NCBI GenBank assembly: GCA_937934705.1
Contig: CALGYY010000117.1
Location: forward strand, 2,277 to 66,276
Direction of reading: 5' to 3'
Length of the DNA: 64,000 bases
From: an uncultured Bacteroidota bacterium
GTDB taxonomy: Bacteria > Bacteroidota > Bacteroidia > Bacteroidales > CAIWKO01
Shown here: positions 38,540 to 47,861 of the stretch, piece after piece
Layout of the letters: each line of letters begins with the position of its first letter
Numbering within the stretch: the first letter of the stretch is position 1
Notes under the pieces: model-generated
What the model was told of the DNA's origin: nothing
The model's input: the letters and a program-made list of their open reading frames with translations, nothing else
Database searches by the model: none
Made by a program: the position numbers and the translations under genes

Positions 38540-39625
38540 TTAATCCTCCTGAACGGCCTCTTTCAGTCGCTCCGCATTTTCTGCCAGTTGCAATGCATCA
38601 ATGAATTCCTGAATGTCGCCGTCAATAATATTATTCAGACTAAAAAGTGTCAGATGAATGCGGTGGTCCGTCACCCGGCTCTGCGGAAAATTATAGGTGC
38701 GGATCTTGGCAGACCTGTCGCCCGTGGACACCATGGTTTTTCTCTTTTTCGAGATATCGTCCAGGTATTTCTGATATTCCATTTCAAATATCCTTGAACG
38801 CAGAACCGATAAAGCCTTGTCGTAATTCTTCAGTTGTGACTTCTGGTCCTGACAGGTGACCACGATCCCTGTCGGGACGTGTGTGAGCCTTACGGCAGAA
38901 TAGGTGGTATTGACCGACTGACCGCCCGGACCTGAGCTGCAATATGTATCCTTTCGGATATCTGCTTCTTTGATCTCCACATCGAATTCATCGGCCTCAG
39001 GCAGAACCACCACACTCGCCGCGGAGGTGTGGATACGGCCCTGCGTTTCCGTCCTGGGCACCCTTTGTACCCGATGTACACCCGATTCGTACTTCAATTG
39101 TCCGTAAACCGTCTCACCGCTTACATTAAAAATGATCTCCTTGTAGCCCCCCATGGTTCCATCAGTGTAATCCACCAACTCTGTCTTCCATCCCTTACGC
39201 TCACAATAGCGGGTGTACATGCGGTAGAGGTCTCCTGCAAAAAGCGAAGCCTCATCACCGCCTGTCCCTGCACGGATTTCCACGATGGCATTCTTTTTAT
39301 CCTGCGGATCGGCCGGAACCAGCATAAGACGAATCTCTTCCTCCATCAGCTCCCTCTTCTCCGTCAGGGTCTCAATCTCCTCCTTGGCCATTTGACGCAT
39401 ATCCTCGTCTTTCTCTGTGGCCAGTATATCGCGTGCCGAGGCAAGGTTGCTGAGAAGGAGTCGGTATTTCTTACAGGCTTCAACGATAGGTTCCAGCTCC
39501 TTATAGTCCTTGTTCAGGCGAATGAACCTCTTCATGTCGGCAATCACTTCCGGTTCGTTCATCTGGGCTGAAATGTCCTCGAAGCGCATCTGTATGGCTT
39601 CAAGCTTCTGAAGCAGGTCTGACAT
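38540..39625 (-). CDS. prfA: peptide chain release factor 1
   Basis: It has the GGQ motif ([11 protein letters not shown]), an RF1-type tripeptide region (VPRTETQGR), and an uninterrupted frame, unlike prfB. Confidence 0.95.
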   Translation of the reverse strand: MSDLLQKLEAIQMRFEDISAQMNEPEVIADMKRFIRLNKDYKELEPIVEACKKYRLLLSNLASARDILATEKDEDMRQMAKEEIETLTEKRELMEEEIRLMLVPADPQDKKNAIVEIRAGTGGDEASLFAGDLYRMYTRYCERKGWKTELVDYTDGTMGGYKEIIFNVSGETVYGQLKYESGVHRVQRVPRTETQGRIHTSAASVVVLPEADEFDVEIKEADIRKDTYCSSGPGGQSVNTTYSAVRLTHVPTGIVVTCQDQKSQLKNYDKALSVLRSRIFEMEYQKYLDDISKKRKTMVSTGDRSAKIRTYNFPQSRVTDHRIHLTLFSLNNIIDGDIQEFIDALQLAENAERLKEAVQED

Positions 39626-39634
39626 AATCTTAGT

Positions 39635-40804
39635 TTATGAAGTATATATATAGGTTCCAAATGGGCCTTTTACGGTCACCTTCTTTTCTGTGCATTTTTC
39701 GCAATAACCGACCACCTTAGCCTCTATACCGAAGGATTGCGCACAAGCCATCACCTCAGATGCGAATTTTTCTTTGAGCATGATCTCCATGCGATGTCCC
39801 ATATTAAAGACGCGGTACATCTCTTCCCATGATGTCCCGGACTGTTCCTGAATGAGACGGAAAAGCGGCGGCAGGTCGAAAAGATTATCCTTCACCATAT
39901 GTATCCGGTCGATAAAATGCAAAGCCTTGGCATGAGCGCCTCCTGTGATGTGAATCATAGCGTGGATCTCATTCCTGAGGCTTTTCAGCAACTCAGCCAC
40001 GAGGGGTGCATAGGTGCGCGTTGGCGATAATACAAGTTTACCTGCATCCAGGGGTGATCCTTCTACAGTATCAGTCAGCAGGCACTTTCCTGTATAGGCC
40101 AGATCAGCCGGAATAGCTGTATCGTAACTCTCGGGGTACTTTTCGGCATAAACCCTGCTAAAAACATCGTGACGTGCTGAGGTCAGGCCGTTGCTGCCCA
40201 TACCCCCGTTAAACTCATCCTCATATATGGCCTGCCCGAATGATGCCAGGCCCACAATCACATCTCCGTCACGGGGGGAGACTTCTATCAGCTCACTGCG
40301 CTTCATCCTGCAGGTGACCGTTGAATCAACGATGATAGTGCGCACCAGATCGCCGACATCAGCAGTTTCGCCCCCTGCCGAGCGGATATCGATTCCCAGA
40401 TTGCGCATCTTTTCAAGAAACGCCTCTGTACCTTTGATGATTTCTGCAATCACTTCACCGGGAATCAGCTTCTTGTTGCGTCCGATCGTGGAAGAGAGTA
40501 AAACTGGTCCTGTTGCACCGGTGCAGATCAGGTCATCAAGATTCATCACCACGGCGTCTTGTGCAATTCCCTTCCAAACGGATACATCGCCGGTTTCGCG
40601 CCAGTATATGTAGGCCAGTGACGACTTTGTCCCGGCACCATCTGCATGCATAATGGTACAATAATCCGGATCTCCGGAAATGTCAGGCAGGACCTTGCAG
40701 AAAGCATTTTCAGCAATGCCTTTGTCGAGACCGGCAATGGCCCGGTGAACCTCATCCTTGGAGGAGGATACGCCTCGCATCAGGTATTTATCGTCTTTCT
40801 TCAT
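39635..40804 (-). CDS. purM: phosphoribosylformylglycinamidine cyclo-ligase (AIR synthase, long Bacteroidota type)
   Basis: It has the N-terminal YLMRGVSSSKDEVHRAI and HADGAGTKS, with the AIRS and AIRS_C pattern. I prefer the start at MKKDDKY (40804) over the ORF start at 40831. Confidence 0.85.
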   Translation of the reverse strand: MKKDDKYLMRGVSSSKDEVHRAIAGLDKGIAENAFCKVLPDISGDPDYCTIMHADGAGTKSSLAYIYWRETGDVSVWKGIAQDAVVMNLDDLICTGATGPVLLSSTIGRNKKLIPGEVIAEIIKGTEAFLEKMRNLGIDIRSAGGETADVGDLVRTIIVDSTVTCRMKRSELIEVSPRDGDVIVGLASFGQAIYEDEFNGGMGSNGLTSARHDVFSRVYAEKYPESYDTAIPADLAYTGKCLLTDTVEGSPLDAGKLVLSPTRTYAPLVAELLKSLRNEIHAMIHITGGAHAKALHFIDRIHMVKDNLFDLPPLFRLIQEQSGTSWEEMYRVFNMGHRMEIMLKEKFASEVMACAQSFGIEAKVVGYCEKCTEKKVTVKGPFGTYIYTS

Positions 40805-40873
40805 ATCTCGGTCATTCAACAAAAAAAGCATCCCGACAAGGGTCGGGACGCTTTTGATTATTTCATGGTACAG

Positions 40874-43396
40874 CTAATCCTGAGGAGTCTGCGGTACCTT
40901 GGGAGCGTTGGGGTCGTCAAAAATCAGCTGACGTTTGTCTTCGTCAACCGTGTATTCCCCGAATTTTGTGAGGGTATTTGAACCCATGAGTACAGGGGGG
41001 TTCAGGCCTTTGACCACGATAGCCGGCACATTGGTGACTACCTTCTTTCCGATGGTCATTTTCTTGATGGTGATATCCACATTATCCTTAATGGATCCAT
41101 CTTCGTTGAGAGCCTTCTCCTTATCCTTAAAATCGCTGATGGTGATGCGGTATTCTTTCATCATTGCCATGACCTTGTCAGCATCGATCTGCATCTTCTC
41201 TTCAGCCGCGTCGTATTTGAAATCCATAGAGATTCCGTTGATCACGCAACGGGCTTCAAAAGCGCCGCTACCGGTGGGCAGCATGCTCACCACATTATCC
41301 ATGGGGTTGATGGAGATCACCACATTGGTTGCGGAACTGTCGTTGGATGCGGGCGGAACAAAATCCTCGCTGAGTACGGTAAATTCAGTACGGCGGTTCA
41401 ACTGGTGCGCGGCTTCCTTTTCACAGGTAGTTTTAAGGGATTTGATGAATGCATCAGTCATCTGTGTGCCTTTGGGGAAGAAAATAGGATCCTTGCAGGC
41501 TTTATACTTGTTCTGATCAAGCAATACATATTTATCCTTGTCTAAGATACGGGGACGGCGCTCGCCATAACCACGGGCCACAATGCGCTGTGCATGTATG
41601 CCTTTTGACACAAGGTAATCTGCTGCTGACTTGGCACGACGCTGTGAGAGGCTGTCGTTGGTCATGGGGATGGGCCGGTTGTCGGTATGTGAGGCCAGCT
41701 CAATAACCCACCTCGGGTTTTCAACCAGGATGTTATAAAGGTAGTTGAGTGAATCCATGGATTCGGGACGGAGATCCCACTTGGCAAGGTCGTACAGAAT
41801 GTCGGGAAGTACAACAGGTTCGGGCGGGATTGGGGGGAGATTGAAATCATGCACCAAATCCTTGCTCTTATTGAGGCCGACGGTTGTTTCACGTCCCTTG
41901 GTAGAATAGTATTTGGGTTTGGAAACAATGAGCTCGTAAGATGTATTTTCCAGGATCTGGGTTTTACCAAAGCGATACATACCTGTTGCGTCGGTTGAAT
42001 CTTCCACGGTAGTTCCGTCGGAACCTACGAGTTTGATATAGGCGCCGGCGATGATCTGCTTGGTACTGTCATCCCTGACGGTTCCCTGTAAGGTAAACAC
42101 GAGCGGAGGCAGAATAAAGGAATAAATATCGTCATCACCCCTTCCGCCTTTGCGGTTGGAGGTGAGGTAACCTTCTTCCTTGTTTCCTTTGAAGATAATT
42201 CCGAAGTCGTCACCGGTAGAATTCAGAGGGGATTGCAGATTCACAGGTTTACCCCATTTCTCGCCTTCTTTGCTGACCTTGTATATATCCAGCCCGCCCA
42301 TTCCGAGGAGACTGTGGGCGTTGGAGGAGAAAAAGAGAACACCGTCGTCGCGCAGGTAGGGGAACATTTCATCACCTTCTGTATTGATTCCGGGGCCAAG
42401 GTTCACAGGTTTATCAAAAGCTTTTGTTTTCTTGCTGCGGGTGGCCATCCAGATGTCTTTTCCGCCATATCCGCCGGCCATGTCACTCGAGAAATAAATC
42501 GTAAGCTCATCATCACTCAGAGTGGGGTGACCGACTGCAATACTCATATCCGGTACGAGCAGAAGGGTATCCGGGGCTGCCCATCCGCGGCCCTGCTTTT
42601 TGGAGTAATAAATCTGGCAACCTATCCTCTGCTTTTTAATGATCGGACAACGGGTGAAATAGATCACATTTGCCTTTTTATTGATCCAGGGGGTACCTTC
42701 ATTAAATGTTGTATTGATGATCTCTTCATCCACCAGGAGAGGTTCGCTCCAGGCTCCCTTTTTATCCTGTGTCGTGATATACAGATCGGAGAAGCTCTGA
42801 CCCGTCCAGCCGTCAGAACCGCTGCCCAGGCTACCTTCACGTGTGGAGGTGAATACCAGGGCTTTGTAATTCTTGTCGGCCCAATACGGACTGAAGTCTG
42901 ACTGCTTGGAATTGAATTTTTTAACGTTTTCGACCACGTATCGGGTAGGCTCATCGGTCCATTTCTGGGCAAGTTCACAGGATTCAGCGCCGTACTTACC
43001 CCTGGGATCATCCGGTTTCAGCTTGGTATATTCATTATACTGAATGATGGCTTCGGGGAACTTTTCATCCGCTTTAAGGGCATCGGCCAGATAAAGATAG
43101 GCAGTAGCGTCAGGATATCCGGATTTAATCACCCGCTGGAACCAGCTGACCGATTGCTTGATATTATTGGTCATGCGGTAGCATTCCGCCAGGCGGTAAA
43201 GGATCCTGGCTTTTTCCGCTTTGTTCTTCTTCACTTTATTATAGGCCTGCTTGTAAAGGTCGATGGCAACAGAGTACTGTTCGGTCTCAAATGCTTTATC
43301 GGCTTCAGCCCCGAAGTTTTTCTGAGCATTCACTTCAGCCGAAAACAATACGAATGACAACACAAGCAGCGCGCAGGTTGTACTGAAAAGTTTCAT
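40874..43396 (-). CDS. OmpA-family protein (TPR + TolB-like beta-propeller + CarboxypepD_reg-like + OmpA_C) with an extra C-terminal retropepsin-like domain
   Basis: The signal peptide is ...EVNA|QKN. TPR-like helices are present (ILYRLAECYRMTNN). PD40-like repeats are present (SDFSPYWADKN, YFSSDMAGGYGGKDIW, LFFSSN). The OmpA_C region is ELASHTDNRP...LSQRRAKSAADYLV...RGYGE...NRRTEF. About 149 further residues follow (see findings). Confidence 0.85.
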   Translation of the reverse strand: MKLFSTTCALLVLSFVLFSAEVNAQKNFGAEADKAFETEQYSVAIDLYKQAYNKVKKNKAEKARILYRLAECYRMTNNIKQSVSWFQRVIKSGYPDATAYLYLADALKADEKFPEAIIQYNEYTKLKPDDPRGKYGAESCELAQKWTDEPTRYVVENVKKFNSKQSDFSPYWADKNYKALVFTSTREGSLGSGSDGWTGQSFSDLYITTQDKKGAWSEPLLVDEEIINTTFNEGTPWINKKANVIYFTRCPIIKKQRIGCQIYYSKKQGRGWAAPDTLLLVPDMSIAVGHPTLSDDELTIYFSSDMAGGYGGKDIWMATRSKKTKAFDKPVNLGPGINTEGDEMFPYLRDDGVLFFSSNAHSLLGMGGLDIYKVSKEGEKWGKPVNLQSPLNSTGDDFGIIFKGNKEEGYLTSNRKGGRGDDDIYSFILPPLVFTLQGTVRDDSTKQIIAGAYIKLVGSDGTTVEDSTDATGMYRFGKTQILENTSYELIVSKPKYYSTKGRETTVGLNKSKDLVHDFNLPPIPPEPVVLPDILYDLAKWDLRPESMDSLNYLYNILVENPRWVIELASHTDNRPIPMTNDSLSQRRAKSAADYLVSKGIHAQRIVARGYGERRPRILDKDKYVLLDQNKYKACKDPIFFPKGTQMTDAFIKSLKTTCEKEAAHQLNRRTEFTVLSEDFVPPASNDSSATNVVISINPMDNVVSMLPTGSGAFEARCVINGISMDFKYDAAEEKMQIDADKVMAMMKEYRITISDFKDKEKALNEDGSIKDNVDITIKKMTIGKKVVTNVPAIVVKGLNPPVLMGSNTLTKFGEYTVDEDKRQLIFDDPNAPKVPQTPQD

Positions 43397-43617
43397 ACGA
43401 AAATAATTTGATTAAGCCCTATAATTTGGTCGGGTGCTAAATTAACTAATAATTGTCAATAAAATAAAAAAGCGTTTTAAAAATTCGTCCACATTAATAC
43501 AACAGAACTTCAAAAGTTACAGCGGAATGTCCTGTGTGAATCCGGCCCGAAGGGCTCCGTGCTTTCTGAATCACCGGTCTGTCCTGCCATTAAACTCAAT
43601 TTCCGGCTTAAAGGTTA

Positions 43618-43650
43618 CAAAAAAGGCCGCCCTCTCCGGGCGGCCGTTTT
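43618..43650 (-). terminator. rho-independent (bidirectional-looking) terminator downstream of secDF
   Basis: The stem GGCCGCCC (43625..43632) pairs with GGGCGGCC (43638..43645). On the minus strand an A-run on the plus strand (43618..43624) gives the T-tail. GTTTT follows on the plus strand. Confidence 0.8.
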
Positions 43651-43667
43651 GCAGTTGTTTGGCGTTC

Positions 43668-46600
43668 TTACTTCTTTGCCAGTTTTTTCAGCTTCCTCTT
43701 TTCAATCACCGAGATCAGGTCATAAGCAATGGGTGTTGCAATACCGATAGAAGAATAAGTACCGATGATGATACCCACCAGCAATGCAAAATTCATCCCT
43801 CGGATGATCTCCCCGCCAAAGATGAGCATGGCGAGCAGAGCCACTGCCACCGTACCTGATGTATTGATGGTACGACCCAGAGTTGAGTTAATGGCCTGGT
43901 TGATATTCAGGTTCAGTTCCCGTTTTGGATAAAGTGCGCGGAACTCCCTGATCCTGTCGAAGATGATTACCGTATCATTCACCGAGAACCCGATAATGGT
44001 CAGCAGTACCGCAATGGTAGTTTGGTCAATCTCCATACTCCAGGGGGCAATTCCATAGAGCAAAGAATACAATGAAATAATGATAATGGAGTCATGCACC
44101 AGAGCCAATAACGCACCAAGTCCCCACTGCCACCTCTTAAAGCGGATGGCCACATAGACGAAGATCAGTATCAGTGCGATAGAAACGGCCCATATGGCGG
44201 CAATCTTGATATCATCGGCAATGGTCGGTCCCACTTTCTGGGAGCTGAGTTTACCAATCTCCTTGTTCTCCGCTGTGGATGAAACAAAATCCTCGTACTT
44301 CATCGGCACGGTGTAGAAAGGCTTAAGTCCTTCATAGAGTTTTGATTCAATCAGCGAATCTACTTCCGGGCCGTCGTCATTCACCATATATTTTGTAGTG
44401 ATTTTCACCTGATTATCGGGGCCGAAGGTTTTCACTTCCATATCCTCACCGAAGGTCTGCCTCAGAGCGAGACGGATCTCGGTAGCCTTCACATCCTTGT
44501 CAAAACGCACCACATAAGTACGGCCACCGGCAAAATCAACACCGGCGCTGAAGCCTCTTACAAGCATGGATGCACCCCCGGCTAAAATCAGCACGGCTGA
44601 GAGAATATAAAGTTTCTTCCTGCTCTCCACCCACTTGATCTGAACATTGGTGAAGAAGTTCTTGGTGACGTTGTTCCAGTAGGACGTTTTCCAGTTGCGG
44701 TTCAGCATCCATTCGAAGACGAGACGGGAGATGAAGATCGCTGTGAAGAGGGTTGAGAGGATACCGATGATGAGTGTGGTTGCAAAGCCCTGAACGGGAC
44801 CGGATCCGAAAACGTAAAGCACGATCCCCGCGATGAGGGTAGTCACGTTACTGTCGATAATAGCGCTGTAGGCATGTTTGTATCCATCTGTTAAGGCCAG
44901 ACGCGAGCCCTTGCCTGCCCGTATTTCCTCCTTGACACGTTCAAAGATGATCACGTTGGCATCCACCGCCATACCCATGGTGAGAACGATACCGGCGATA
45001 CCCGGCAGGGTGAGAACGGCACCCAGTGAGGCCAGTGCTCCCATCAGAAAGAATACGTTGACCAGGAGCGCAATATTGGCGACCATACCTCCACGGCTGT
45101 AGTAGAGGATCATATACATCATAATGAAAATGATGGCAATCAGGAAGGACCACAATCCGGAATTGATGGCTTCCACCCCGAGTGAAGGACCAACAACGGC
45201 CTCTTCCACAATACGGGTAGGTGCAGGCAGTTTCCCGGCCTTCAGGATATTGGCCAAATCTTTGGCTTCCTCAAGGGTGAAGTTTCCCGAAATCGAGGAC
45301 CGGCCATTGGGGATCTCGCTCTGAACCGTCGGGAAAGAGTATACATAGTTATCCAGAACGATGGCAATTGATTTTCCTATATTATTAGCCGTCAAACTCT
45401 TCCAGATTTGCGCTCCTTCAGAATTCATCGACATGCTGATCTCGTTGGAGTTGTTCTGACCAAAGTCCTGACGGGCATCCGTGATCACGTCACCGCCTAA
45501 TGCAGCCGAGCCGTCGCGGGATGCTTTGAGGGCGATCATCTGGAGGGTGGAGCTTTTCTCATCCACCGGCTTTACGGTCCAGACAAAGCGCATTTCCCTG
45601 GGGAAAACGGCTTTCACCTCGGGCAGTTTCATCATGGCGTTTACCCTGGCGGTATCATAAATCTGGCAGTAACCCACCACGGGACCCTGATTGGGAAAAT
45701 AATTACCGCTTTCGTCCTGAACCAGTGCAGGTTGCAGATACGCCAGCAGGGGGTGTTCACGGGCGTACTGTTCAAAGCTCTGGTTATCCTTACCGGTATC
45801 CGAATTGGTGTCACCGGCCACTTTATCGATCAGGCTGGTTTCGTTCGAGTCTGTCAGGCTTGTCGTCGTATCTGCGGCAACATCCTCAGTATCTGTCTGA
45901 TCAGCGACAAGGGTGGTGTCTCCGTCCGGCAATGCCACTGTGTCAGCCGCACCGCTGATGGCAGCGAGGGCTTTTTTATCAGCCTGCTCCATATAGGCAT
46001 AAACATCCTTGTATTCGTAGGTTTCCCAGAATTCAAGCTGGGCTGTTCCCTGCAGGAGTTTACGTACACGCTCCGGCTCTTTGATCCCCGGGAGCTCGAT
46101 CAGAATACGTCCCGTAGTAGAGAGCTTTTGAATATTGGGCTGGGTTACCCCGAAACGGTCAATACGGCTGCGCAGAATGTTGAATGTGCGATCGATAGCA
46201 TCATCTGCTTCGGAGCGGATGATAGCCATGACCTCTTCGTTGGTGGAGTTGAAGTTGATGCGGTCTTTGAGGCCTACAACAAACACCGATGCCAGTTTTC
46301 CTCCCGGGTTCACTTCATTCCAGGCGCGTTCAAAAAGCACAAGGAAATCCTGATCGCTGCTGCGCTGCATTTCCCGGGCCCGGTCAATGGCCTTGTTGAA
46401 AGCGGGATCCTGGCTGTTGCCGGAAAGTGCACGAACGATATCGGGAAGAGAGATCTCCAGGGTAACGTTCATTCCTCCCTTGAGGTCGAGCCCCAGGTTG
46501 ATCTCTTTCTGTTTGCAATCCTTATAGGTATATTTTCTGATCCATAAAAAGTTGTAAATCACCTCATTCGACATGGAATCGAGATAATGCTGCTCCATTC

Positions 46601-46805
46601 TCGAGCGGATCGAGTCTACCAGCAGGATTTCCTTAGCGGCATCACCCTTTGCCAGGGCTCTGGCCATGGAATCCGCATTGCTGTCGAGCGCATATTCCAC
46701 TGCATCACTCTCAACCGTCCGGGTGCAGTAGGAAAATGACAACTGAAAAAGACTGACGAGCGCAAAAGCGATGGCCAAAAACCTGATTGCTCCTTTACTT
46801 TGCAT
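43668..46805 (-). CDS. secDF: protein translocase subunit SecDF (fused)
   Basis: It is 1045 aa long, with two RND-like 6-TM modules and a large periplasmic domain. LGLDLKGGM is the SecD hallmark. Confidence 0.93.
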   Translation of the reverse strand: MQSKGAIRFLAIAFALVSLFQLSFSYCTRTVESDAVEYALDSNADSMARALAKGDAAKEILLVDSIRSRMEQHYLDSMSNEVIYNFLWIRKYTYKDCKQKEINLGLDLKGGMNVTLEISLPDIVRALSGNSQDPAFNKAIDRAREMQRSSDQDFLVLFERAWNEVNPGGKLASVFVVGLKDRINFNSTNEEVMAIIRSEADDAIDRTFNILRSRIDRFGVTQPNIQKLSTTGRILIELPGIKEPERVRKLLQGTAQLEFWETYEYKDVYAYMEQADKKALAAISGAADTVALPDGDTTLVADQTDTEDVAADTTTSLTDSNETSLIDKVAGDTNSDTGKDNQSFEQYAREHPLLAYLQPALVQDESGNYFPNQGPVVGYCQIYDTARVNAMMKLPEVKAVFPREMRFVWTVKPVDEKSSTLQMIALKASRDGSAALGGDVITDARQDFGQNNSNEISMSMNSEGAQIWKSLTANNIGKSIAIVLDNYVYSFPTVQSEIPNGRSSISGNFTLEEAKDLANILKAGKLPAPTRIVEEAVVGPSLGVEAINSGLWSFLIAIIFIMMYMILYYSRGGMVANIALLVNVFFLMGALASLGAVLTLPGIAGIVLTMGMAVDANVIIFERVKEEIRAGKGSRLALTDGYKHAYSAIIDSNVTTLIAGIVLYVFGSGPVQGFATTLIIGILSTLFTAIFISRLVFEWMLNRNWKTSYWNNVTKNFFTNVQIKWVESRKKLYILSAVLILAGGASMLVRGFSAGVDFAGGRTYVVRFDKDVKATEIRLALRQTFGEDMEVKTFGPDNQVKITTKYMVNDDGPEVDSLIESKLYEGLKPFYTVPMKYEDFVSSTAENKEIGKLSSQKVGPTIADDIKIAAIWAVSIALILIFVYVAIRFKRWQWGLGALLALVHDSIIIISLYSLLYGIAPWSMEIDQTTIAVLLTIIGFSVNDTVIIFDRIREFRALYPKRELNLNINQAINSTLGRTINTSGTVAVALLAMLIFGGEIIRGMNFALLVGIIIGTYSSIGIATPIAYDLISVIEKRKLKKLAKK

Positions 46806-46916
46806 ATTCTTAAGCGTTTATAGTTCTTCCTCTCAAAATTGAGGGTGCAAATATAGAACTTCTATCTTAATAGACAAAGCGATTGATGAATAATTAAGTA
46901 CACCCTGCTGTTCCTT

Positions 46917-47861
46917 TCAGGCCTTTTGATGCCCCTTGCCAAAATGCCCGTTGACCAGAAACACACCCAGAAGAACCAGGGCGATATAGAGAATATTGAT
47001 TAACCGAAATACTTCATCGTCGAGAACGCCCCAAAAGATAGCTACCACGGGCATGAGGTAAGTTACGGATGCCGCAAACACGACGTTTGAAATCTTAATC
47101 ATGTAATTATACAGCATGAGTGCCAGACCGGTTCCGACGACGGCCAGAATATTAACAATACTCAGCCCGTACCAGGCATCAGGATGATGAAGCATACGCG
47201 GAATAAAATCAGTGAACGCCAATAAATACACCAGGCAGGGAATTCCCACTGATCCCACTCCGTAGGTCGTGATACTGATAGCATCCGTGTCTTTCAGGTA
47301 GGTTTTTACAAGGTTGATATTCACCGCATAACACAGTGTAGCCAGGATCACATACCAGGCATAACTGAAATTGAAGGCCAGGTCTCCCCCGCCACTGGCG
47401 GCCATCAGACCCACGGCCCCGGCCAAACCGATAAACACGCCCACGACATTATACCACGCCCCCTTATATCTGAAGAACCACATCCCGATCAGCATCGTAA
47501 AAAGGGGTGTCAGCGAATTGAGAATTCCTGAAAGGGAACTATCTATCCCGCTTTGTGCGTATGCAAACAGAAAAGCGGGAATACCGCTGCCGACCAGTCC
47601 GCTGATCAGAAAAATATGCCACTGCCTGCGCTTCACCTTACGGAAGCGCACTACCAGAAACGGAATCAGGAAGATAAAGACCAGGCTGATTCGTAATGCT
47701 CCAAGTTGCATGGGTGGAAACACTGTCAACCCGATCTTCATGAGGATAAATGAACTTCCCCAGGTGAACACAAGCGCGATCAGGATCAGCCAGGCCAGCC
47801 AGCGGCGTTTGGCCGTTGGCTGGTTGACGGAATCCTTTTCAGGGACAGGCCCCGCTTTCAT
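46917..47861 (-). CDS. EamA/DMT-family transporter
   Basis: It has about ten TM helices in two EamA-like halves. Its start overlaps the yidC stop by 1 nt. Confidence 0.8.
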   Translation of the reverse strand: MKAGPVPEKDSVNQPTAKRRWLAWLILIALVFTWGSSFILMKIGLTVFPPMQLGALRISLVFIFLIPFLVVRFRKVKRRQWHIFLISGLVGSGIPAFLFAYAQSGIDSSLSGILNSLTPLFTMLIGMWFFRYKGAWYNVVGVFIGLAGAVGLMAASGGGDLAFNFSYAWYVILATLCYAVNINLVKTYLKDTDAISITTYGVGSVGIPCLVYLLAFTDFIPRMLHHPDAWYGLSIVNILAVVGTGLALMLYNYMIKISNVVFAASVTYLMPVVAIFWGVLDDEVFRLINILYIALVLLGVFLVNGHFGKGHQKA

